Assembly: GCF_000372725.1 (NCBI RefSeq)
Contig: NW_005201144.1
Location: 186,001 to 250,000, forward strand
Length of the DNA stretch: 64,000 nucleotides
Direction: 5' to 3'
Source: Emiliania huxleyi CCMP1516
Taxonomy: Eukaryota
A model generated the notes under the pieces. It saw nothing but the letters and a program-made list of their open reading frames with translations, made no database searches and was not told the origin of the DNA. Of the stretch, positions 23,166 through 34,034 are shown piece after piece (within the stretch, counting starts at the first letter, position 1; every line of letters begins with the position of its first letter). A program made the translations under genes and the position numbers.

Positions 23166-23647
23166 CTGACACACATCAGCCACACTTATGACACTATCAA
23201 GAGGGCGCTGACTATCAAGGGGGTGCTGACGCCGATGACGCCGGCGGCTACGCAGCTACCCCCCCCTCCTACACTGCGTGATCACGCCGGCGGCGGCGGC
23301 CGCCTGGGGAGCGCAGATGGCGCGGCGCAGAGCCAGAGGCACAGGCGGCGGCGGCGGCACAGACGGCGGCGGCCACCCCCACCCAGACGCCGTAGGCATA
23401 TGACTGTAGGGCCCCAGAAGGCTAGCTGGTAGCTTCATTTGTAGTAGCACAGCCGCCGGTGCTGGAGAGGGGTCCGCAGAGGTGGGGCGGGAGGGTTGAA
23501 AGAGAGACCCATGACCATCCCATGACTACATGGACCACACTCACATGTCTTTGCATGTAATTTTGTTATACCCTCATGGGGCACAAGAAAGAGGCTCTAC
23601 GGGGTCTGTGTACGGTCTGTGCTGCTGTCAGGCTGTCAGCGCTGCTG

Positions 23648-24319
23648 TCAGGCCACTGTGTGCTGCGTCCGAAAGAAGGAACGAAGTTCTGTCGTGTCGA
23701 CCAGGTATGGGAGGTAGTTCATCTCTTGCACCCATGCCCACAGCACAGGTGCCACATTTATGGGAGGGAAGGGATCGTCTCGACTCGGGGACAGCCGCTT
23801 CCGCAAAAAGATGGAGCCATACCCCCAGCCCGTCACCCTTTTCATCCAGTCCCGGATCGGCGAAATAGTGCAGCCGTTGCTGACCCCCGTGGCCTCCAAC
23901 ACGTATGTCGCGTCCTCAGGGCAGTCCATGGCGGCCATGGCTGCAGCGAGCTTCGCTGCCTCCTTGGGCTTGCCAGCGCAGCAAGCGTACGCGGCAAGGC
24001 ACTCCCGAGGCACGCCTCGCAGCACAACCGCCACATGCTGCGGGCACTCGTCAAGGAGCAGGCCCGATGGGCCTGCCCCAGCTTTGCAGACGCGCTCCCA
24101 AAAGTTGCCGTCGGAAGGGTCAGACGTAAAGATGAGTACGTCCCCGGTCCGGGCAGCCTCCGCCGCCTCTTCGAATGTGATGGATGCCGCCACGAGAGGG
24201 CCCCGTCGCTTGCGGCAAGTCCGGCACGCACCCGCACAGGCCGCAACGAAAACTGCAACACAGAATGCGACGAAGGTCTCTCCCGCTGCAAGAGCGACGC
24301 GCAACGCCTCGACGCACAT
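23648..24319 (-). pseudogene. Permuted papain-like amidase (YiiX/YebB, NlpC/P60) - apparently truncated
   Basis: ARTGDVLIF...QHVAVVL...YVLEA..G...SIFLRK. The expected downstream catalytic CS motif is not found before the ORF runs into the GCTGTCAG repeat. An intron cannot be excluded. Confidence 0.55.
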
Positions 24320-24743
24320 TTAACCTCGCTCGAAGCAGCGGAAGCACCTGGCTGCCCGGCGTTTTAGCGGAAGCACCGGCTGCAGAGCGTTTTCGACCGA
24401 CGACGGTCGCTAAAGCTTGCCGGCAAATGCCGCGCTGATCGCCCCGTGGCGACCGCCTTTGACTATATATTGTGGTGAATTTTTCCTCGATTTCTTTTGT
24501 TTAAATTCTTTCTTTTCGAGCCACAGCGTGAATTCTTGACTTGGGCCCTCGGGGAGTCTGGAAATAGTGCCACCGTTTCAGAGACTCAACAGAGAGATAT
24601 AGCCGTATCTGCTTTGTGCCACACACCAAATGGATGGATGACGTTCTGCTTACGCGGTTACGGGGACGTATGTGCGCCGGGGCAGCTTGGCCTGCAAAGT
24701 CCAAAGAAACAAACCCGCGTGCCGAGAATCGCACCCACTGACC

Positions 24744-27031
24744 TCAATCCGCCCCATCGGGCTGTAGCACGGCCAATCGGCGGCGCAGCTCCTCGTAGGT
24801 GGCCGCGTCGTCGCTCGGCGGCACCATGAGGTGCGCGTGCTGCCCGTCCGGCTCGAACTTGGACGCCATCTTGTCGTACATCGGTATGAGGTTGGCGGCG
24901 ACGTGCTTCATGAACCAGTCGATGGCGCGCGGCGGGAGGAGCTTCAGCTTCGGGTCGAGCTGCATGGTGGAGGACACGCGCGTCTCGTTCGGCGAGAGCA
25001 CCTAGACGGTGGGTGTGGTGGGCAGCCTGAGGGAGGGGGCGCGTGGGGGAGAGGGGGCGGGAGGAGGAGGGGGGGGGGGGGGGGACTGAGAGAGCGCCTC
25101 AAACAGGAATCCGCCCGTGATGTCGATCGCCACCGAGCTGTCGGAGGTCAGCGCCGCCGCAGCGACTCGGGCGGGCTCGTCGGGCAGGCTGGACGGGTCG
25201 ATGGAGCGGATGTAGCACATGACCGAGGTGGCGGAGAGGATGTCGCCGTATCCGGTGAGGACCGCGTGCCGCGGCGCGAGGAAGGGGATCGGCACAGTCA
25301 GCGCCTTGATGTGGACGAAGCGCCGAAAGTTGGACGCGCGGCAGACCTGCAGCGCGGCCTTGATGCCGGGGATCCACGAGCCGTACAGCTCGGGCTGCAG
25401 CAGCGGCGCGAGCACGCACTCGATGCTGCGCGGGACGACGCCGACCACCTTCACCGCCATCCTGCCCCCGGGCAGCTCCTGCACGTACGTGTCCAGGTCG
25501 TACTGCTTGCAGCTCGACCGTGCGGAGCCGCCGCTCGGCCGCGAAGCCCGGTGCGCAACCCGCCTCCACTCGTCCGAAGCGATCATGTTCAGCTGGCTCT
25601 CGAGCTCCGCCTGCGGACGGGGCGGCAGGCGGGCTCGGAGATCCCGGAAGGTGGGGCGGGCTTGGCGGCGGCGCGTCTGCGGCGAGCGGATGAGCGGGCG
25701 TGCGGGCGGGCGGGTGGCGGGCGGCGGAGGAGGCGGAGGAGGAGGCGGCGGCGGGCGGCGGGCGGCGGGCGGGCGGGCGGGCGGGCGGGCGGGCGGGCGG
25801 GCGGCGGTTGCGGTTGCGGTTGCGGTTGCGGCTGAGGGTGAGGGTGAGAGGTGAGGGTGGTGGACGGGTGGCCTCGGTGCGCAGAATGGTCGAGACGCGA
25901 ATGTCGTCCCTCTCCCTGAGCGGCGGCTGAAGCCCCGCCTGGGAGGCGAGAGCCTCGAGGGCGAGCAGCCGCCGCATGGCGAGCAGGAACTGGTCCGCGC
26001 GGTAGAGCGCCTCGCACTCGCACAGCAGCCGCTCGATCTCCGCCTGCGAGACACGGCGCGGGCGTGGCACGGAGGTGGCACGGGCATGGCGCGGCAGAGG
26101 AGCGGCTCGAGCATCCTCGCCTCGTCCAGCGCCGCCGCGGCCGGAAGCAACAGCGCCGCCGCCCCGGCCGCTGTCCCGTCGATGCGTCCCGCGCACACCT
26201 CCTCCACATACGCTTGCCTTGGCGTCTTGAGCGAGGCGTGCTCGGGCGGTCGCTCGTGCAGCGCCGAGGCTGCAGCGGTCTCGGAGGGGGCCGACGTGGC
26301 GGGAGGCTCCTTCTCCTCTTCATCAAACACAACCTGCACCTCCGCTACTTCCGCTTCGGCCGCCTTCACCTCTGCCTCCGCCTCCACCTCCGCTGCTTCC
26401 ACCTCCGCCTCCACCACCTCCACCACCTCCACCTGCATAGGGACGGCCCTCTGATGCACGAGGTCCGTGTCGGCAGCGGCGGTGGTCCACTCTGGGACAC
26501 TGCGCCGCTCGTCCTGCTGAATTGTGGTGGCGGCAGCCCAGTTCGGCGGCTGGCGCGGCGGATCCTCCAAAGACACCTGGTGCGGGCGGAGGCGTGCAGT
26601 CAAGAGGGCCGACGCAGCGCTGCGCGGGCAGGCTGCAGCCCTGGCCCCTCGCTCGACCGCGTCTTGGCGCAGGCGGCCCACGGCGCGCGCGCGTGCGTGC
26701 GTGCGGGCGGTGTGGCACACACATCCTCTGCCCCCGAGAACCACACAGGCGGCTGCACTCTCGGGTCGCCCGCCGCCGGCTCCGTCGGAAGCTTCGGCTG
26801 CTCGAGTGGCGCATCGTCCTCGCCGAGGCCACTGCCGGTGCCGCTGGTGCTGACGACCTCTCTCGCTCCCACTCGAGGCGGTCCTGGCACCTTTGCCGTT
26901 GCCTGGACGGCTGCTGTGCCCTGATCGCACGCCTCTGCTCCTGAGTCGGGCGGCGCTGCCTTCTTGCGGCGGCGGCGCAGACCGATGAAAGCCGTAAACG
27001 TGTTCACCTTGCGGCGAATTATCCGACCCAT
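24744..27031 (-). CDS. START/SRPBCC lipid-binding domain protein, multi-exon
   Basis: VKVVGVV..IECVLAPLLQPELYGSWIP...PFLAPRHAVLTGYGD...GGFLFE|VLSPNETRV...LDPKLKLLPPRAIDWFMK (START C-terminal DP..P..W helix). The N-terminus is acidic and low complexity; its exon boundaries are uncertain. Confidence 0.75.
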
Positions 27032-27176
27032 GCCTGTCAGTGGGACGTACGCCGCGCAAGTCGTACTGCTCGAGCGCGGCTCACGGCGAGCAAATGCGGC
27101 TGGCGATGCAGCCAAACACGGACAGAGTCCGGTTTACGTAGAAAAGAAATAGGAACGTGCTCAACACGGCAGCTTA

Positions 27177-27690
27177 AAATCCCTGTGTGGTGGCGGCGTG
27201 CCGTCCTCCCATCCCTCCCTTTGGTTGACCGTTCTTTTCTTTACGGCAGGCAGCGGCGCCGTCGAGGGGAGAGCGACGCGACAGAGGCTGTACCGTGTTT
27301 GTTATGACCCCCCCCCAATGAACACACCAGAGAGAGATTTTTAGCAATACCAGCCAGTGAGGGAGGGCGAGACGATCGAGGGGTCCCGTACCACGCGGAA
27401 TCGACCCTATCCAGTGCTCAAGTGCTCAAGAGAAGTGCGACAAGTAGAGAGAGAACGACGAGAGTGGGACGACCGCGAGCTGACCGCGAGGTGGCATGAA
27501 GGTTGCAGCGAGAATCGGCGAGGGGCTGCGAAGAGAGATAGGAAGAGGCAGACTCCCAAGGGTGGGCGACGGCTAGCGCATCACACTCCTCTCCTCTTAA
27601 AACCTCCCTGTGTGTGGTGGCGGGGCGTGCGCCGTGCCGTCCTCCCATCCCTCCATTGGGTTGTCTGTCTTCTTTCTTTCTTTTACGGCA
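27177..27690 (+). repeat. Cluster of element ends: family G x2, family F with a nested family B terminus
   Basis: G at 27177-27246 and 27600-27688. F at 27289-27430 matches 48597-48729 except for an inserted AGAGAGATTTTTAGCAATACCAG. Confidence 0.75.
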
Positions 27691-27939
27691 CTGGCGCGCA
27701 TCGGAGTCAGGTCGTCTTCTGGTTAAAAAAAGAGGAGTAGTATAGCGTCCTGTCATCGCTCACACTCACCGCTTTAGTCCCGCGTGTCTCAAATACTCTT
27801 GGAAGCCGATCTCGCCATGCAGCTCCACCTCGGTCCCGTCCGTTAGCTCGAGCTTGCGACCTACACTTGTTGCAGCACACGTGAAGTGAGAGGCCGTTCA
27901 CAACACCCTCTGCGCGACAGCGGTTCGAACTCGGGACCC

Positions 27940-29556
27940 TCAACGCGGTACTTGTACTGATTGGAAGGGCGATACATAATCTCCGATCCCTGGTTGAACT
28001 CGGAGGCAACGACGTCGTCCCAGTACTCCTATTGCAGCCGCACCACGCCTCTCACTCGTCTCGCAGGGAGCAAGGGCGCCGAAACAGGCGTGCTCCTGGA
28101 AAGCGGCTTTTGCGTCCGCCACGCCAAGCTGCGCCAGCATGCCGGCTAGCGCACTGCCTGCGAGCAAGCCGCGGCCCCCGCTCTGTCCCCTCCAGTAGTC
28201 TGTGCAGCCAGCGGCGTCGCCGAGGAAGAAGACGGGGACTGGCCGCCCGCCGTCGCTCGCGCACTCGGCGTCCTGTGTGGTGCTCGTCCAATACCACTCC
28301 GACCGTTGAGCGTAGTAGACAGCGACGGAGGAGTGGTCCGGGAGCGGCACCTCTAGCGCCTTGAGCTCCGCCAGGAGCGTGGCCCTGTACGCGAGAAACC
28401 ACTCGGCCGCCTCTCCCTCGAGGCCCCCGCCCCCCGCCAGCGTGACGGGCTCGCGGGCAGTGCTGAAGCCGGCTGTCTTTTTGAAACCGTCGGGCATGGA
28501 CGCAAAGACTGGCGTCAGCGGCGTCTCCGGGCCGAGCGGGGAGCGCGGGAAGGAGTAGATCTGAGCGTTGCGGTGCAAGTTGTTCGAGGCCACGTACGAG
28601 ACGCCCCGCTTATCCAACGCGGCGCCGTTCATCGGTTTGCCTCCTCGCAAGTAGTTTTCATGTCCCTCGTGCCGAAAGGTGAGGTAGACCCCATCGCCCT
28701 GAGGCGTGTACGGCCGCCCCTCTGGCCCGGCCTCAACCTCGGGCAGGTCTGCTCTGTACTTGAAGGCGGTGGAGCCACCGCCAGTGCACAGCACCGCTGC
28801 CAGGTCGGCCACGCTCGTGATCCCGAGCCTAGGGCATGTCGCAAACCCGTTTCAGCTGTAGCTAGGGTCCGTAAGTGGTGCATCTAGGGTTGCAAACCCC
28901 TCGGGATGCTCCCCCTGCGCCGCTGCCAGCGCCTCTTGCAAGTGGCACCCGCCGATGTTGCTCGGAGAGCCGTCGGCGCAGCCCTGCACCTGCGCATTCA
29001 CGTAGAAGATGCGGCCGCTAAACACGTCGCTTTCGAGGTAGCGACGCATAGACTCGCAGAAGGCGCCCGTGCAAAGCCAAGGCGTGTGGCGCACGTTGGG
29101 GAACGGGAGCACGTCGGCGGCCGCCTGAGGCGCGAGGATAGTGAGGATTTGAAGGTTGTCTGCCGCCACCGCGCATTGTGGAGCAAGTATTACGGCTGTT
29201 GCTGCTGCGCCTGGCGCCCGAGCAGGACTTGTTGTGCCGGAGCGTCCATCATGTCGTCGCGCACCGGAGGCGGCAGGTCGGCCATGAAGGAGAATGGTGG
29301 GACAAGTACTTGCGGCCGGAATGCGCTTCGGTGGTCAAATATGATGGCCTGTGGGAGACGTTGACGCATCAGATCTGTGAGTGGTTGCAGAGGGTCGGTG
29401 TGCGCAAGAGAGACGACTGTGCGTGTGCGTGTGATCCCGTGCTGAGCTCACTGTGGCAGACGGCTGCGAGGTGAGTAGCTTGTAGGTTGACCACAGACCA
29501 ACTGGGCCGGCGCCAACGACCATGTAGAGGCGCCGGCCGGCTGAGGCGGTCATCAT
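27940..29556 (-). CDS. FAD-dependent monooxygenase/oxidoreductase, multi-exon
   Basis: YMVVGAGPVGL (GxGxxG), AIIFDHRSAFRPQVL after an intron, VLCTGG (DG-like position), and FFLGDAAG..YWRGQSGGRGL (GD motif). The 3' end is uncertain. Confidence 0.75.
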
Positions 29557-30345
29557 AAGAACGACCGACCAATGCGACGACGTCCGTACCGTTCATGTTC
29601 ATACTTGATACTTCGGCGTTGTGACACCTTCTGGATCTGAGCCTGATCTCGTCCCTCCCTGTCAGATCTGTCACGGCGAATTTACCCGGCACGAGGCTGA
29701 TCTGGGCGAGGGGCGTGTCGCGCTCGAGGGTTTGTTCCTCACGTCAGTAGACAGCTTTGGCTTCGACGCACCGACGGGGGCGCCTCCAAGCTCCATCGAT
29801 CTGCCCACCCCCAGTGAGTCAGCGACAGGCGAACGAATCATGTGCGGCAGGAGCGATGCGTGTATCGACCGCCGTTTCTGTGAAGGGTTTCCTTGTACCG
29901 CCGAGAAACTCCTCTTCTAGCTAGACAGTCGACTAGACTGGAACTCGTGTTGATCTCTACGCGACGATCGGAGTCCCAAGAGCCCAGAGTCGCCAGACCA
30001 CGCCCCGAAACACTCAATCAACACCAGTGTACCCGACGTGTTGGCGGACACGTCGCTACTCAAAGATACGAATCGCGCTCGTGCACGGCTTGCGGCAGAG
30101 CGGGCACGCATCGAGCTGCCGGGCGCACCCCGCGCACAAGCAACGGTGGCCGCAAGGGACCTAGGGTCACGCCACGGATGCGTCATGGTCTGTCATGGTG
30201 TGTCACGGACAAGACAGCCCGCGGCGGCCGCACGCCAGCGCGTGCGTCGGCGCTGCGTCGAGACAGACCACGCAAGTCGGCGCCCTAGGCTGTGCCGGCA
30301 CGCTGCTCGCATCCTCGGCAGCGGGGCGGAGAGCGGAGTGCGTGC

Positions 30346-31222
30346 CTATCGGAGGCGCGGTGGCAAGTCCGCGGCGGCATCTCGAGCAGAGCGCGCGGTG
30401 GCCGATGTCTCACCGGCAAGGGGCTCGGCGCGGGGCGCGTGGACGCAGAGCGCCGCCCTCAGCGCGGCGATGAGACCCGCGAGCGACCTGAATCCCGCAC
30501 GGCGGATGCGCTCCAACAGACGCAGCGCCGCCCTCACCGGGTGCCTTGGCCGCGGCGACGGCGGCGGCGGCGGCAGCTCCGCAGTGCGAGCGGTGGCCGC
30601 TCGCCTCACCACCTCCTCTGCGGCTGCCTCCTCCATTTGCCGCCAAGTACCGCGCCGCCCGGGCCGCTGCCGTTGAAGCGGCGGAGCGGGTGGGCCGCTG
30701 CCACGAGCGACGGCGCTGATGGCCTGAGCGGTTGGGCAAGAGGTGAGGGCCCGTTCCTGTTCGGTGGGAAAATCTTCATTTTGCGGAGGGCAAGAGGAGA
30801 AAAAAGGATCGGAGAGGCGTGTGGATGCTGGCAGCGCGGACCGTCACCCAGCGCTGGGCCTCGGAGGGCGACTCTGCGATGAGGCGCAGCTGCCGCTCCG
30901 GTGTGTGCACGACAAAGGAGCGGGACCCGCTCACGTCCGTCTCCACGCGGCAGTCGGCGCCAATGTTGACAAAGCCGCGCACCTTGTGCGAGCAGACGGC
31001 GTGTGTGTGCGAGCGTCGGCGTGAAGCTGCAGCTGTGTGGGTGAGTCGGGTGTGTGCAGCAGGCCGCGTGAGGCTGCGGACCTTGCCAACTCGGCAGTCG
31101 GCCTCCGACCTGAAGTAGAGCAGCGTCGCACTGGGCTGGGGCGTGAGGAAGAAGTAACGCTTCGCGGACGAAGGCGTGAAGGCGTGCGACTTGGCGTGGA
31201 CCTTCTCGAGGTGGCCTTGCAT
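30346..31222 (-). CDS. PH-domain protein, multi-exon (3' end uncertain)
   Basis: MQGHLEK...KRYFFL...LLYFRSE..|VRGFVNI...SFVVHTPERQLRLIAESPSEAQRWV is a complete PH consensus. Start context is GCCGCCATG. Confidence 0.8.
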
Positions 31223-31421
31223 GGCGGCAGCACAAGAAGGAGTTTTGATGATGCGAGAGAGGACGCATCCAACAGTCGGGAAGGTTTTTTTCTTTTTTAC
31301 TGGGTATTATTATTAGACGGAAAAGGTTTTTATATTCTCGTCTTTCTTGGCCTCCGCCACCACCGATCTATCCTTCGCGCCTCCGTCCAGTTGCCGAGGG
31401 CGACCGACGCAAACTGTCCGC
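31223..31421. promoter_or_regulatory. Probable bidirectional promoter between the PH and dienelactone hydrolase genes
   Basis: 200-bp spacer between divergent ATGs, with an AT-rich core (31285-31348) in GC-rich surroundings. Confidence 0.45.
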
Positions 31422-32425
31422 ATGAGCGGTACCTCTCAGCCGCTTCCGTCACCGACGGGAGCGGAGTGCTGCACTCCGTCGGGCCACCCGCCATCCTGCG
31501 GCTCAACACTGCGGCCGGAGCGGTTCGTCACGGTGCCACACTCGCCGCCGTTCACCTGCTACGTGGCGCAGCCTCCGGGAGGAGCGCCGGCGCGAGGTGT
31601 CATCCTAGTGGTGCACGACATTTTCGGGCCGAGGTCGGGCCGGCACGCTCGCATCTGCGACGAGCTCGCGGCCGCCGGCTTTGTCGCCGCTTGCCCCGAC
31701 CTGATCGGCGACGCCGACGAGCGCGCGAGTGCCCTCAACCCCGGCTGGCCGTCGTCAAAGGCGCACGAGGTCGGGATCGTCTGTCACCTCGTGTACCGGA
31801 TCCGGTGGATGCTCAAGGCGGCCGCCGCAGGCAAGCGCATGGACGAGATCGGGCGCAAGCTTGCCGCCACTCTCCACTACTGCAGAGGCGCGCACCCGCA
31901 CGCCATCGCGGCCTGCGGCGCCGTCGGCTTTTGCTGGGGCGGCGGCGTCGTCGCCCGCTTGCTCTCAGAGGCGGGGGCGGAGAGGCTGCCCGTGCCCCTC
32001 GTCGGGGGCGTCGGCTTCCACCCATCGCACCGCGGGTGGGAGGCGGCCGATGTGGCGCGGCCACTGCTGCTCGCGCCCGCAGGCGACCCCCACCCGATCC
32101 CGAGGCGCAGCGCAACCTTCTGTGACCCGTCTCACCTGGCGCGAGCAGGCGACGACCCCGCCGCGGTGCAGCCCGGCGGCGCCCTCGCGCAGCCGCTCGC
32201 CGACCGCTTTGGCGGCGCGTGCGCGGCGGTGCGTCTATTTAGAGGTGCTACACGGGCGGGTGGCCTGCGGCGACACGGCTCGCGGTGTGAAAACAGGTGC
32301 CCTTCCCTGAGATGCTGCACGGGTGGATGACGCGGGGGCCGTTGGCCGACGCCGCCATCGAGAGGGACTACCAGCGAGGCATGCGGCTGGCGGTCGAGTG
32401 GCTGGGGGAGAGGATGAAGGCTTGA
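31422..32425 (+). CDS. Dienelactone hydrolase family (alpha/beta hydrolase), 3 exons
   Basis: VILVVHDIFG, CPDL, GAVGFCWGG (nucleophilic Cys), FHPS, GDD, FPEMLHGWMTRG (catalytic His). Introns at ~32083-32148 and ~32229-32296. Confidence 0.9.
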
Positions 32426-32630
32426 GTAGGGCGCGGCCGCACGCGGTACTCGCTACTCACTGCGTAGCGTGAGAGGGGAACTCTTCACACTTTTTCAGAC
32501 TTCACTTCACGTGTGCGCGGGCGTCTCGAAGGCGTCGTCGCTGCGGACGGCCTGGCAAGCGCGCACTCGCCTGTCCTCCGCGGCCATGCCCTCCCCGCCC
32601 GGGCGAGCGAGCAGCGCAAGGGCGGAGTCA

Positions 32631-32740
32631 GGAGCACTTGGAGCACTTGGAGTGCAGTCATTAGCCTCACATCCAGGGCCGGGGAGCTAAGAAGCGCACC
32701 CAGCGAGCCGGATGATCGGGATCGGGTTAGGGGCTAGAGA
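32631..32740 (-). repeat. Family E 3' end with (CTCCAAGTG)n tail
   Basis: GAGCACTTGGAGCACTTGGAGTGCAGTC..GCCTCACATCCAGGGCCGGGGAGCT. Also at 38332, 50825, 5545-5700, 10272 and 49775-50066. Confidence 0.75.
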
Positions 32741-32923
32741 GCCCTAGCCCAGAGGTGGGGGTGCGCGTTCGCAGGGAAAGGGCCGTAAAGTAAACACGGT
32801 CTCCGAGGGTTGGACCCGCGTACCAGGTTTCCCCTTAACTGCAGGACGCCCCCTCTACTCGGAGCTAGTGGACATTACACTGTACACTATGCCCAAACAC
32901 AGACACTTGCTTAAAGCCCGTAG

Positions 32924-33395
32924 CTCTGGGCCGGCGCGGGGGCCCCAGAGGGTGTCCATGCGGGGGGGAGATGGGGTCCCATGGCCCGCCGCAGGCGCCG
33001 ATTTTTTCTAGATTTTTTCTTTTTTGGCGATTTTTTACTTGTTTTCATGGGAATTCGGCGTACTTGCGGCCATGCTATCACGCCTTGCGACAGCCTGTCG
33101 GCGCAGCTGACCGTGCCATGATGCACAATTGATCACCTGCATAGCTCGCGGCCTTAGTATCAAGCATTCAGTGACGACCTGATCGTACGGCCAGTAGGAA
33201 GGTGTCCTTCCAGCGCGTGCACGCTTGTGGCGCAATGCGCGTCATGAACTGCCTCGGATTGGCTGCTGGCACTCTCGAGGCTATGCCTACACAGCCTCGC
33301 GCGCATGGGCAGTCAGGAGGGACCACGCACCTTCTCAGGACAGCGCCGGTGCCTCTCTCTTGGACCGGCAAACTTGGTGGTATCGTGTCACCAAT
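32924..33395 (+). mobile_element. Truncated second copy of the TIR element at 3319-4260
   Basis: Highly similar to 3319-3832 from the same terminal CTCTGGG. It diverges after GTGTCACCAAT and no right TIR is seen. Confidence 0.8.
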
Positions 33396-34034
33396 CGGAT
33401 CGCGTTTTGTCGGTGTCTCACCCTGTCCTCTGCCGGCACGAATCTCTCCGGGCTGCTCCGAGCCCTTCCTGGCATGATCCGCGTCGGAGGAGGCCGATCC
33501 ACTGCCGCAGCCCCGGCTCGGGACTGTTCGCCTGTTGTGACGGTTCCCCCCCCCCTCGCCACCTGCATGTTCTCTTGCCGCCTCTTCTCATGGATCACAG
33601 GGGCCGCACAGCCGAAGCACACAAACACCCCACGTCCCTGCATGGCGTGGCAGAGGCGCGCCTTCATCCACTCTTCCGCCTCCCCCCCCACACGCGCCGA
33701 TATCCGTTCAAGGATGGCACTAACCACCCCCTCAGCCACTCGCGCCGCCGCCGGCCCGTCTTCCGGTTTCACGTGGAACAGTGTGCGGAAGTTACAGCTT
33801 GTGTTTGTTCACACCCATGGCCGGCGGCCAGCGTGGGGAAGCGCTCCGTCCCGAGCGACTCGAGAGGGATCCCCACCGCTTGCCAGTGATGTGTCAGCGC
33901 TCCCGCCATTTCTGTTTCCCGGAAAATTCTCTTTGTGCTCGGCGTCTCAGAAAGGCGGCGTCTCATCATCAGCAAAAAAGCGAGCAGGTCCGAATTTCCT
34001 CACGCCTCTTTCTGCTCCTCGTTTGCCTGTGTGT

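Noticed and set aside
33225..34034. N-terminal 270 aa of the 632-aa ORF
   Set aside because: It reads through the transposon copy and intergenic DNA; the ATG at 34035 is the more plausible start.
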